From: Parvularia atlantis
Lineage: Eukaryota
Direction of reading: 5' to 3'
Length of the DNA: 31,895 bases
Assembly: GCA_943704415.1 (NCBI GenBank)
Contig: CALSCO010001233.1
Span: forward strand, 62,001 to 93,895
Positions within the stretch are counted from its first letter, which is position 1; the number at the start of each line of letters is the position of its first letter. Shown here piece after piece: positions 1 through 10,122 of this stretch. The notes under the pieces were generated by a model. It did no database searches, was not told where the DNA came from, and saw nothing but the letters and a program-made list of their open reading frames with translations. A program made the position numbers and the translations under genes.

Positions 1-2513
1 TGCCGACGGGCCGCATTGTGCTGCGGTACACGCACACGATCGATGAGGGCTTGCCAGCTGCCAACAACGGCACACACCGCACAAGCTCGATCGCCACAGC
101 TAGCGCCTCCGACACGATCTTGTAGTACAAGTCCGAGGTGGCCGCCAGCACCGGCTGCAACCGCGGCCGCACAAACGGTCAGCAGAACTTCGTAACGAGC
201 GGCCGGGCGACGAGCGCGCCTTCACAAACTGCGCCATCTGCGACGTGAAGCCTGCGCCTGTCTGCGAGCGCAGCAGGGCGCGAAGGAAGGCGAGCGCCTC
301 GACCTTGAGCGCGGCGTTGGACGCGCGGTCGGTGAGGGCAGCGAGAATGCCGGGCGCGAGGCGGGCGAGCTCGGACGCCAGCACCCCTGCCGGCGCCGCG
401 GCCACGAGCTCTCGAAGGATCGCGAACGACGCCTGGCGTGTGCGCAGCTGCGGTGGCCTAGCGTGAGCCGCCAGTACTGTGCGCACGGTGCAGTCCGCGC
501 ACCGACTTGGACGTGAGCTGCTTAGCCAGCGCCCGCGACAGTGCCGGCACAAGCTCCTTCAGCATCGTCTGCACGCCGCCGTCGGTGCTCATCTCCATCG
601 CCTGCGCGGCGTCAGCCGCGGCCGCGCCGAGCTTCAGCGTGGTCGCGGTGCTGTGCAGTGTGTCGACGACGACGGTCATGACGTCGATGCGCACGTTCTG
701 TGCTCGCGCACGCGCACGCCCGTCAGTCTGGCGCGCCAGGTGCGCTGCACTCGCTCGCACCTCCTCGCGCTCTTTGAAGCGCGCGACGACACGCGGCACG
801 ACCTTCTGGTAGAAGAGCGCTGCGCAGCTGCGGCGTGAACACAGAGCGCACACTGCGCTGCCGCAGACGCACGCAGCAGGTCCGAGCGCGTGGTGATGAT
901 GGACGAGAGCACCTTGCACGACGCGCGCCGGACCTTCCACGACAGGTCGTCGTCGTCGCTGTAGTCGCCGTCGTCCCCTCTGTGCACACGTGTGCGCGTG
1001 CGTGTGTGAGCGCTGTGCGAGAGTGGCGGCAGCGCGCACGCACTCCTGGTCCTCGTCCGTCTCCATCTTTTCCTCGCCCTTGCCGCGCAATCATCAGCGC
1101 TTGTGCGCCCACCGTGCGCCACACACCTCGTCACCGTCGTCGCCGTCTTCGTCATCTTCGACGTAGTTCGGGTCATGCTTGACCAGGTCGAGGCTGATGT
1201 CGACGATCTTGTCCATGAAGGGCCCGAGCTCGGTCGGGCAGCGCACGATCGCGCTCTCGAGTGTCTGCGTGCCGCAGGTGCTCGAGCCGCGGCGGCACGC
1301 GCGCGCGTCAGGCCAGCCGCACCTGCAGGCACGTCTCGCGCAGCTCATCGTCCTGCTGCTTGGTCAGCGCGAGCAGCTGCGGTGTGAGGTCGGGCAGGAA
1401 CTTGCCCATGCGCTTGCCGCTGAACCGGCTGCAGCGGCCATATGAGTGCACAGCCACACACGTACACGGGCCAAACCTGATCGCGCCGAGGCACGCCACG
1501 TACGACCGCAGGTCCTCGTTCTTGCTTGCCGCGCGCATCGTTATGACGATTGACCCGAGGAGCTGCTCGTACTGCTTGTCCGAGAGAATCCTGACGAGGT
1601 AGCCTGACCGCATGCGCTCAGCAGCGACCTCGGCACTCGCTGCGCGCGCGCACCGAGCGCGACCGACGTGCGCTTGCGCGCCGCAGGCCGCGGGTGCGAC
1701 ACCTGCGGCAGGAGCGCGTCCAGCACGGCTTGGGACTGCGCCGCCATGGGTGCGCCGAAGCGATAAAGCACGTCTCCGAGCAGTTCGAGCGCGTCCATCG
1801 TAACCTCGTACACGCCCTGCGCCGGCGCGTGAGCCGCAGCCGGAAGCGCAGTGCGCGCACAAAGGACGCACCGCCTTGAGCGACTCGATCAGGCGCGGCG
1901 CGAGGCGCTTGCAGAAGTTAGGTGCGACGGGCGACCCGGGCGCGATCTCGGCGATGATGGCCTTAAGGCCAACGCTGCGCGGGGCCGCCGCAGCTAAGCG
2001 ACTGGGAGGCGGTGGCGGGCGCAGAGATGGCGTGCCTCGCGACGTCGCGCATCTTCTCCTTGTTGGTGACGAGAAACTTGCACAGCTTCTCGATGATCTC
2101 CTCCAGCTGCGCCTCGCGCACGCGCTTGACGAGGAACGGCAGGCTGGCGGATGCCGCGTGAGCCGCAGCAGCAGCAGCCACGCGCCGCCCGTGCCGGACC
2201 AGCGCACGACGAGGTTCTGGACCTCGCTGTTCTTGTCGTCGAGGTTGCGGATCACCTGCGCAACCAGCTTGCGCTCGCTGGCCTCGTCCATCTGGAACGT
2301 GTCCTTCTGCAGCTCCGACGTGAGGTCGTTCAGCGCCATGTACCGGAAGTCCTGGTCGACCGAGCCCATCTGCGCCGCTGCCGGGGATCAGCAGCGGCAC
2401 GTCGACGTCTGGCGGCGGCAAGCAGCAGCGGCGGCAAGCAGCAGCGGCGGCAAGCAGCAGCGGCGGCAACGCGCCTTCTCGGTGAGGCTCACAACGACGT
2501 AGCTGGACGCCAT
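1..2513 (-). CDS. CAND1: Cullin-associated NEDD8-dissociated protein 1 (HEAT repeats); 5' part only, runs off the window start; about 14 introns in the window
   Basis: Spliced translation [36 protein letters not shown]...[20 protein letters not shown]...[10 protein letters not shown]...HDPNY...[20 protein letters not shown]...RFKEREENVRIDV...[11 protein letters not shown] matches hallmark CAND1 motifs. ATG at 2513. Three introns need GC donors. Confidence 0.95.
2411..2468. repeat. About 3 copies of a 16-nt tandem repeat (CGGCGGCAAGCAGCAG) inside CAND1 intron 1
   Basis: Repeat is directly visible and accounts for this intron being 105 nt rather than the usual ~55 nt. Confidence 0.85.
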
Positions 2514-2851
2514 GGCGACGCGGACGCGGGCGGCGGGCGGGCGGCTGCGGCGTGCGGGGGCGCAGCGTCAGGAACGAGAGGCAAGCGGCGTCATCAAGCG
2601 TCGCGTGGTATACATTCAACTGCCGATCGAATCACAGTGGGGCGTACAGCCACAGAAGCAAGCGGACCCGACGCGTTTCCCCGTGCACAGGAACGCATGA
2701 GCAGTCGGTGCGAGCGGACCGTTCGTTTTTGGATTCTTTTCTTTCAGCTGGACCTGGGGGCCTCGTCACGCGTCGTACTGCGCACGCAAGTTTGTGTGAA
2801 GCAACACTGTTCCTCCCACACAGTTCGTTTTTCTCTTTGTCGACAGCCAGT

Positions 2852-3935
2852 TCACGCCCACCACGCCGCCCAGAACTCCACCAGGCACTGGCACAGGTGG
2901 TCGACAAAGACTTGCACTTCGTCCACGGGCACGAGGCGCACGCTCTGCGGCATCTCGATCTGCAGGCCGTCGATGCGCCCGCCGTTCTTGGACCCGTGGC
3001 GCTCGGTGTTGTAGCCGCCTGGCGACGCGCGCAGTCAGCGAGCAATCAACTCTGTGCGCATGGCCCGGCGCACCGGAAAAGTAGTTGCCTGTGGTCGTGG
3101 CGCGAGCGGGGGGTTCAGCGTCGCACGGGCGGGCGGGGCACGAGCACGCGGGCGCACCGCCGTTGGGGCCGGGGTTCGCGGGGCTGGGCACAGCGGCGTA
3201 GCGCCGCTGCAGCAGGCCGCCGAGCGACGAGTTGCCGCGGAGCAGCGCGCTGAACGGCTCGCCGCGCGTCGCGAGCACCTCCTCGGCGCGCGTGCGCAGC
3301 GACACCTCGTCCACGACATCGGGCTCGGAGATCTCGCGGTCCGAGAGCGTCGAGAGCTCCGCGCCCGTAAGCAGGTATCCGAGCTCGACCTGCATCCGTC
3401 GTTTGAGACGGCGCCTCGGTGGCGGGCGACAGGCGGCGCGCACCCACTGCTCCTCGTGGCCGTGGCCGTGCATGTCAATGTAGAGGCCGCGGCCGTGCTG
3501 CTCGAGCACGGCGGCCTTGGCGGCGTCGATGAAGGCGTGGTACTCGTACCAGGCCTGCTCGGCCTGCGGGTCGCCCTGGGCGGCCTCGAGCAGGTCGCGG
3601 TTGGCGTCGAGCTTGATCCGGTGCAGGCGGTTGATGACGATGTGCGGGCGCCAGCCCTCGCCGGCGAGGCGCGCGAGCGTGTCGGCCGTCATGCGCGTGA
3701 CCTCCTGCGTGTACGAGTCCTGCACGGTCGCGCCGTACGTGCGGTCGGCCACGTCGGCGGGCTTCTCGTAGCCGCCGTGCGGCGCGCTGAGCACGATCGG
3801 CCCGCACCCGGGCACGTATTCGATGAACTCGCGCGCGCCGTACTGCGGCGGCGCCCCGGGCACGCACACCGCGCCCGCGACGCCCGCTGCCGCGACCGCC
3901 GCCAGCACCAGCGTGACGGCGCGCATCGCTGTCAT
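2852..3935 (-). CDS. N-formylglutamate amidohydrolase-family (zinc-carboxypeptidase-like) hydrolase with N-terminal signal peptide; 3 introns, including a 15-nt micro-exon (3074-3088)
   Basis: Motifs IVLSAPHGG, PHIVINRLHRIKLDANR, LYIDMHGHGH, VELGYLL, YFSGGYNTERHG and IDGLQIEMP. Hydrophobic N-terminus MRAVTLVLAAVAAAGVAGA. Stop TGA at 2852-2854. The start could alternatively be 3926. Confidence 0.8.
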
Positions 3936-3955
3936 GCACCTCGAACTTCGACCGC

Positions 3956-4245
3956 ATGCAGCGTCGCGTCGCAGCGGTCGCGGCTGTGCTCGTCCCTGCG
4001 GGCTTCCTGGGCGGCTACGTCCTGCGCAACTACGTCGACTCGCTCGAGGAGGGCCGGATCGTGCGCGAGCGTCACGAGCGGCTGCTGCGGTGCGCGTGCG
4101 CCGGCCGTGCTTCCTTCGTGGCTCACCGCGCGACGCGGGCAGCGAGGGCGACGACGAGGTCATCGCGGCCGAGCTCGCGCTGCTCCGCAAGCAGGTCGCG
4201 CGCGCCCACGGCGACGAGCCGCGCCCGTCCGCTCCTGGACCATGA
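3956..4245 (+). CDS. Small 78-aa protein with one N-terminal hydrophobic segment and a charged helical tail; exons 3956-4089 and 4143-4245
   Basis: MQRRVAAVAAVLVPAGFLGGYVLRNYVDSLEEGRIVRERHERLLR|EGDDEVIAAELALLRKQVARAHGDEPRPSAPGP*. Typical 53-nt GTGCG...CTCAC...CAG intron, and mostly G/C-ending codons like neighbouring genes. Confidence 0.65.
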
Positions 4246-5752
4246 GCGACGCCTCGTTCGAGCGCTGGATGGACGCCCGCGCCGTCTGGCTCGACCCGCG
4301 CCTCGCCCTGCGCACGGCCGGCGCGCCCGGCGGCGAGGGCGTGGCGGCCGGGACGGGCGTGGTCGCTCGGGCGGCACTGCGGCGTGGCGATGTTGTCGCG
4401 CGCATTCCGAAGGCCGCCGTGCTCTCGTGGCGCAACTCGGGCGCGGCCGCAGCCATCGACGCGGCGCGCTTGCGCGGCGGCCTCGCAGTCGTCGCGGCGC
4501 TCATGTACGAGTGGCGCCGCGGCGCGGACTCGCCCTGGCACGGCTACCTGCGCGCCCTGCCCGTGCGCGAGCACCTGCCGTTGTTCTGGTCGCCGGAGCA
4601 CGTGGCGCTGCTGCGCGGCACCGAGGTCGCGCGCCAGCTCGAGGACAACCGCGCGCAGGTGTGCGCTGCGCGAGGTGCGGCCGTGTGGCTGACGCGCAAT
4701 GCGCCGCTGCCAGCTCAAGGCCGACTACGAGCTGCTACGCTCGCTGCTCAAGCGGCACGGCGCCGTGTTCCCGCCGCGCGAGCACACGTACGAGCACTTT
4801 GTGCACATGGGCAGCCTCGTGGGCTCACGCGCCTTCTACGTCGACCGGCACCACGGGCAGGCGATGGTGCCGCTGGCGGGTGCGTGCACGCGCTAGTTGC
4901 GACCAGCGCGCTGCTCACGTCGCCGACGCAGACATGTTCAACCACACGTCACGCGAGACCGTGCACGTGACCGGGAGCGAGAGCAAATGCGCGTGCTGCC
5001 CGGCGCCGCGGCGGCGGTCGGCGCGGCCACGCCCCGGCCAGACGCAGGTCGACGAGGGCGACGAGGAGGAAGAGGACGACGAGGACGACGAGCAGGAAGA
5101 GGACGACGAGCAGGAAGAGGACGACGAGGACGAGGAGGACGATAATGCGCACGCCGACGAGCTCGAGATGGAGCTGGTGGCCGACGTCGCGCCCGGCGAC
5201 GAGGTCTGGAACACGTACGGCGCGCTCGGCAACGACACGCTCCTGCTCAAGTACGGCTTCGCCGAGCCCGACAACCCACACGACCGCGTCACGCTCGACG
5301 ATCTTGCCGTGCGCACGGCCTGTGCGGCCGTCACGTCGCGCGCTCAGAGCCAGCGCCGTGTGCGCCTATGGGACCGCTCGGCCGAGCGCATCGCACTGCA
5401 CGTGCTCGACCAGGGCGGCGTCTTCCCGGACGAGCTGCTCGGCTACGTCTTCACGCAGTGCGCAGCCGACGGTGACGCGTGGACCGACCTCGCGCCCGTC
5501 GAGGCCGCGTCGGCCGAACACATCCTCGCCCAGCCGCTCGTGTGCGCGGCGCTTCGGTCGTGCCTGCTCGCGCGTCTCGTCGAGCTGCTGCCGCCCGCGA
5601 CCGTCGCCGCCGCGCCGCCGTGCGCCGAGGCGCGCTACGCCGCAATCGTGCAGCGCAGCGAGCGCGCGATCCTCGAGCGGCATTTGGCGCAGCTGGACGT
5701 GGACGTAGACGTAGCCGGGAAGGGCGGGAAGAAGCGAAGAACGCACTTGTAG
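4242..5752 (+). CDS. SET-domain protein lysine methyltransferase of the SETD6/Rkm3-Rkm4 (Rubisco LSMT-like) class; 2 clear introns
   Basis: GTGVVARAALRRGDVVARIPKAAVLS, SPWHGYLRALP, PLFWS, LLRGTE, SRAFYVD, MVPLADMFNH, acidic insert, then GDEVWNTYGALGNDTLLLKYGF. Stop TAG at 5750-5752. Confidence 0.9.
5051..5145 (+). repeat. Acidic low-complexity coding tract with an 18-nt tandem unit (GAGGACGACGAGCAGGAA) within the SET domain
   Basis: Encodes DEGDEEEEDDEDDEQEEDDEQEEDDEDEEDD between the FNH and NTYG motifs. Confidence 0.8.
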
Positions 5753-5790
5753 ATCGCATATTGCGATGGCTCCGAAGAGGAAGAGAGCCG

Positions 5791-6255
5791 ATGGCGAAGG
5801 CCGCGCTGTGCCCGGCGCCCGTGGCGAAGGCCGCGCTGTGTCCGGCGTGCGGCGAGGCGATGGACGTGGCCAACCCGGCCGGGCGTGCGCCGTGCATGCA
5901 CCCGATCTGCCTGCGCTGCATCGACAAGCTGGCGGCGGACGAGGCCAAGGCCGAGACCGCAGCGGATGGCGACAAGGGCGAGCAGGACGAGAAGGACGAG
6001 AAGGCGGAGGAGGGCGACGACGAGGCGATGGACACGGGCGAGAAGGCGGCGGACAAGGGCAAGGTCTATCGAGTGGTGGCGCTGCCGACCGTCCGTCGCC
6101 GTCCGCCGAAAAAAAGTCCGCCTGCGGACACCGACGCCACCGCTCAGCCGTCCACGACGCCCACGACGTCCACGGCGCACGGCCGACCACGCACCTCGAC
6201 CAATGAGGACGCCGCCGCGGCCTGTGCAGAAAAAGAAAAACGACACACCGGTTAG
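5791..6255 (+). CDS. Possible RING-type zinc-finger protein (partial C3HC4) with an acidic/Lys-rich tail; start and 3' structure uncertain
   Basis: CPACGEAMDVANPAGRAPCMHPICLRC gives C-x2-C...C-x-H-x2-C-x2-C with GC3-rich codons up to about 6063. The final CxxC pair was not found. An alternative out-of-frame start MAPKRKR lies at 5766. Confidence 0.45.
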   Translation: MAKAALCPAPVAKAALCPACGEAMDVANPAGRAPCMHPICLRCIDKLAADEAKAETAADGDKGEQDEKDEKAEEGDDEAMDTGEKAADKGKVYRVVALPTVRRRPPKKSPPADTDATAQPSTTPTTSTAHGRPRTSTNEDAAAACAEKEKRHTG

Positions 6256-6277
6256 CAGAGTGCCCCTCCACATATCT

Positions 6278-9200
6278 TCAGTGGGTGGCGCGCCCGACCG
6301 AGTCGCCCACGCGGATGAGCGTCTCGAGGCACTTGTTGGAGTTGGCGACGAGGTCGGCGTCGAGCTGGAGCTTGTTGGGCTGGAAGACGCAGATAATCGT
6401 CGAACCGCCAAAGGCAAAGTAGCCGAGCTCGTCCATCCTGACCGCGCCGTCGCACTTAGCGATTGAGGCCCCCGAGCGGCGCGCAGCGAGGCCGCACCGC
6501 TTCACATCCTGCTCGTCCTTGACCGTCAGGTTGATTGAGCCGACCATCATCGCGCCGATGATGATGTACGCAATCTTGCCAAACTCGGCCGTGTCGATCG
6601 TTGTCACGAACCGCTTGTTCTCGGTGTACACGGGGAAGTTTTCTGCGGGGCACACCCGCGTCAGCCCAGCGGCGCAAGACAAGGACGGGCAGCGCACCGC
6701 GCACGGCCATCGGGTTGACCGTGAACAGGTGCATGCCGGCCTGCGCGCGCGCGCGCCCGCGTCAGACACCCGCGTCATGACGGCTGGCGGCGGCCACGCG
6801 CACCTGGCGCAGCTTCTTAAACTTGCCCGTGGCGGGCGAGTGGAAGCGGTGGTAGTCCTGCGGCGCGAGGCTGTGTGTGGGCGTGAGTGCACGCCAGGCT
6901 GAGGAGGAGGAGGCGCGGGGCGCGCACCGGAAGATGCACAGCACGCCGCCCTCAAACTGCTTGCCGAGCTCCTCGTCCGCAAACAGCCGGCCGACCGTGA
7001 AGTCCTCGCCCTTGATCCTGCGCGCGCACGCCAGGGGAGGGCCGTCTGAGCATCGCACGTGCAGGCCACGGGCACGGCGCGGCCGCGCACCACAGCTCGG
7101 TCGACGCCTTGATCGTCGGGAAGACCATGCAGCGGCAGTCGGCGGGTGACAGGAGCACGCGCTGCACGCAGCCATGAGCCCGCCTTGCGCGGCACCGACC
7201 GCACAACGCGCGCGCGCACCGGGTCGGGCGACGCCGCGACGCGCGCCATCGGCTTGAGCTTGCGGTAGAAAAACTCGTTGAAGTTCTTGTACTCGTCCAC
7301 CGCGAGCAAGTTCTCGGCCAGGTTGAGGTTATGGTACTTGGCGAAGGGGATAATGTGCGAGGCCGACTTGGGGTTGTCGTACTGGCGCCGCCGTGTGCGT
7401 GAACGGGCAGCGGGGCCGTGCGCGCTGCACACACCTCGAGGCCCTGCTTGATCGACTGCTTGATGAACAGGTTGCGGACGGTGGCGCTGTTGAGGCCTGC
7501 GCCACGAGCCATGAGCGAGCGTGCGAGCGTGCCAAAGCGTCACACCCTCGTGCGACGTGCGGATGCCGTTCTGGTACAGCACGCGGATGCCGAGGCGCAC
7601 AAACGTCTGGATCTTCTCTTCCTGCACGAGGCCAGACTGCCAAGCGCACCGTCAGGTGCCGCAGGCGTGCCCGGCAAGCGTGAGCGACGCACGCGGCGGT
7701 CCTGCACGAGGATGTTGGCGTTGTCCTCGCCGAGCTGGTACTTGCCGCGGATGATGTAGTTGGTAATCTGGCTGAACCAGCCCTTGGACGCGTACGACTC
7801 GGTCAGGAGGCCGCCGATGACTGCGCCCGAGCGCGCGTGATCAGCAAACGCGCTACCCGCAGCGAAAGTGGCGCACGCGGCGCACCAAACTGGTCCAGCT
7901 TGGAGCTGTCCTGCGCGCACGAGAGGGCCAGCTGCACGATCGCCTCCTCTGAGTCCTTCGACAGCGGCGTGCCGCTGCGCACACCCGTGAGCGTCGCACG
8001 AGTGGGGCGCACGCGCGGGGGCGCACTTGAACGGGTTGCGGTCGAGCGTGATGAGCGCTTGCTTGTGGCCCTTGGCGATCTCGTCCATGGCCTCAATCAG
8101 GCTCTCCTGCTCCATCTCCAGCTCGCCCGCGCCCTCGCTCGCCGGCACCTTGGCGTGCTTCTTGAACTGCATACGCGTGTGAGGACGTGCCGTGACAGAC
8201 AGCGCGATTGCAGGGCGAGCGCACGATCTTCTCGATGTCGGCGTCCGAGAGCGACGAGCCGAGTGAGTCCTGCAGCGCCGTCACCGTCAGCCGCGAGCGT
8301 CGCAGTGTCCGCCGCAGCGAGCGCGCGCGCACCAGGATCGCACCAAACTCGACGCGGTTCACGCGCTTGTTCTCGTCCAGGTCGAAGTTGCTCGCGAGCT
8401 TGCTCCACAGCTGGCGCTTGAGCTCTGGCGCGCGGGGCGTGAGCGGAGCGCACACGCCACGCCGGCGCACACGCCACCGTGGTACGACACAAACTTGCCG
8501 CGCACGGTCACCTTCGAGTTGTCCGGCGGGATCTGCGGCCGCGTTAGGCCGTGCACACGCGCACAGGCGCACTGGGGCGCGCGCAAACGCACGGGGTTGA
8601 CGAGGTCGAGCTTGAGCATCTTCTGCACCTCGGTCTTCTTGCTCGTGAAGTCACTCGCGAGCACCTGCGCCGAGCCGATGAGGCGGTTCTTGCCGAGCAC
8701 GTCATGGTCGTAGACGGAGATCTTGATCTGGTAGTTGCGCTCGCGCTCGCGCACGAGCCTGCGCCGCGCTCAGCCGCAAGCGGAGAGGGAGACGCGCGCA
8801 CGCAGGCACGCACAGCATCACGCGCTCGTCCCAGGCCGGGTTGAGGTTATGCTTGATCACGCGGCTGCGGAACGTATTGGCCGCGAACGAGACAACGTAG
8901 AACGCGTCGCAGTTGAACGGGACAAAGTCGTTGCCGTTATTGGGCAGGTCGGTCGCCTTGAGCACTGCGCACGCGCGCGCGCGCGCGCGCGCGTGCGCGA
9001 CAGCACGTGTTAGTCGTGGGGCGGTGAGCGGCGCAGGCGCGCGGGGCGTGCCCTCGAACGACAGCAGCCCGTCGATCGCGTTCACGTTGGCGCCGAGGAT
9101 CTCCTTCTGCGAGAAGGCCGCCTCCTGCACGGGCAGGGCTGGGCGCGGATGCGCACATGAGCGATGCCGCCCGCGAACGTGCGCGCGCCACGCACTGTCG

Positions 9201-9836
9201 TAGACGGACGCGTTCGACATGAGGATGTCGAGGCGCTCCTGCGACGAGTCGGGCAGGTTGTCGGCCGAGACGCCGACGCGGAGCTGGATATCGCCGAGCT
9301 TGCCGCTGTTGTGGCCGCTCTTGTCGACGAGCGGGTACCACTGCGGCCGCCGCCCGGGTGAGCGCGGCCCGATCGGCCGGCGGGCGGGCGCCGCACGGTG
9401 TCGCTCGCCGTGTTGATATCGTCCTTGACCTTGTACAGCGGCAGGACGACCTCGCCGATGTAGTCGTCCGACAGCGAGTCCTTGTCCCACACGCGCAGTT
9501 TAAGGCTCGCGTACTGCGCCTCGCTGTCGTTGAGCAGGCTGCGCGGCGCGCGGCTCAGTGAGGCGGCGGCACGGCGCGGCGCGTCCGGCGACGCACAACG
9601 TGAACGTCTCGTTCCACGACGGCGAGAGGTTCTTGTTGACGACGGCCGTCTTGCGCTGCTGCGCAAACTTGGCGCCGACGACGCTCACGTCGGCGTACGG
9701 GTCTGCGCCGCCGTCAGTGCGGACGCCGCGTCCACACACACACGCGGACGCACGACGCACCCGAGAAGCCGTTGAAGTCGCGCGCGGGCAGCTTGCGCGC
9801 CTGAATCACGGCGAGGACGACCTTGACTGTCGGCAT
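6278..9836 (-). CDS. PSD2: Phosphatidylserine decarboxylase proenzyme 2 type (C2-C2-EF-hand-PSD); about 21 introns
   Basis: N-terminal C2 (VIQARKLPARDFNGFSDPY...NKNLSPSWNETF...VWDKDSLSDDYIG), second C2 (FRSRVIKHNLNPAWDE...VYDHDVLGKNRLIG), EF-like DLDENKRVNRVEF, then YKNFNEFFYRKLKPMAR, SPADCR, FRLAPQDYHRFHSP, TVNPMAV, IGAMMVGSI and ELGYFAFGGST (autocleavage motif). Confidence 0.95.
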
Positions 9837-10122
9837 GCTGTGCGACGCCACGCGTCACGCGCGCGCGCTCGGCGAAGCGAGAACGAGGGCGAGAGAGAGG
9901 GACGCGAGAGGGACGCGAAGCAGCGCCGCGGCGCGGCTTCAAGGAAAACAAGCGCGCATGGCAACCGCGCGTTGTCATGCCGATCAGACCTCCGCGCCAC
10001 ACTGGGTCTTCCGCGCCCGCAGCCAGGCGCTTTGCGCGCTCTCTCTGTCTCTCTCTCTGTCTCGCCTCACCCCGCGCACCGCACGACGCAGCAGCACAAG
10101 AAGCAGCAGGCGGCGGAAGCTG
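9837..10122. promoter_or_regulatory. Probable bidirectional promoter and 5'UTRs between PSD2 and the sorting nexin, with CT-rich tracts on each sense strand
   Basis: GA-rich tract at about 9888-9918 (CT-rich on the minus strand, upstream of PSD2) and a CT tract at about 10039-10063 (upstream of the SNX gene). The divergent ATGs are 286 nt apart. Confidence 0.5.

Noticed and set aside
4985..5048. Possible GC-AG intron in the SET gene after ESK
   Set aside because: The segment is in frame without stops, and a Cys-containing insert at this point is plausible for this class. It cannot be called without RNA data.
2766..5752. Long ORF-track entries of 650, 638 and 598 aa as single proteins
   Set aside because: Stop-poor high-GC artefacts. 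Each is a chimera of real exons, introns and off-frame or antisense sequence from the hydrolase, micro-ORF and SET genes.
8966..8999. Long (GC)n alternating, self-complementary tract (Z-DNA or hairpin)
   Set aside because: A simple intronic dinucleotide expansion in a genome full of CGCG runs, with no evidence of function.
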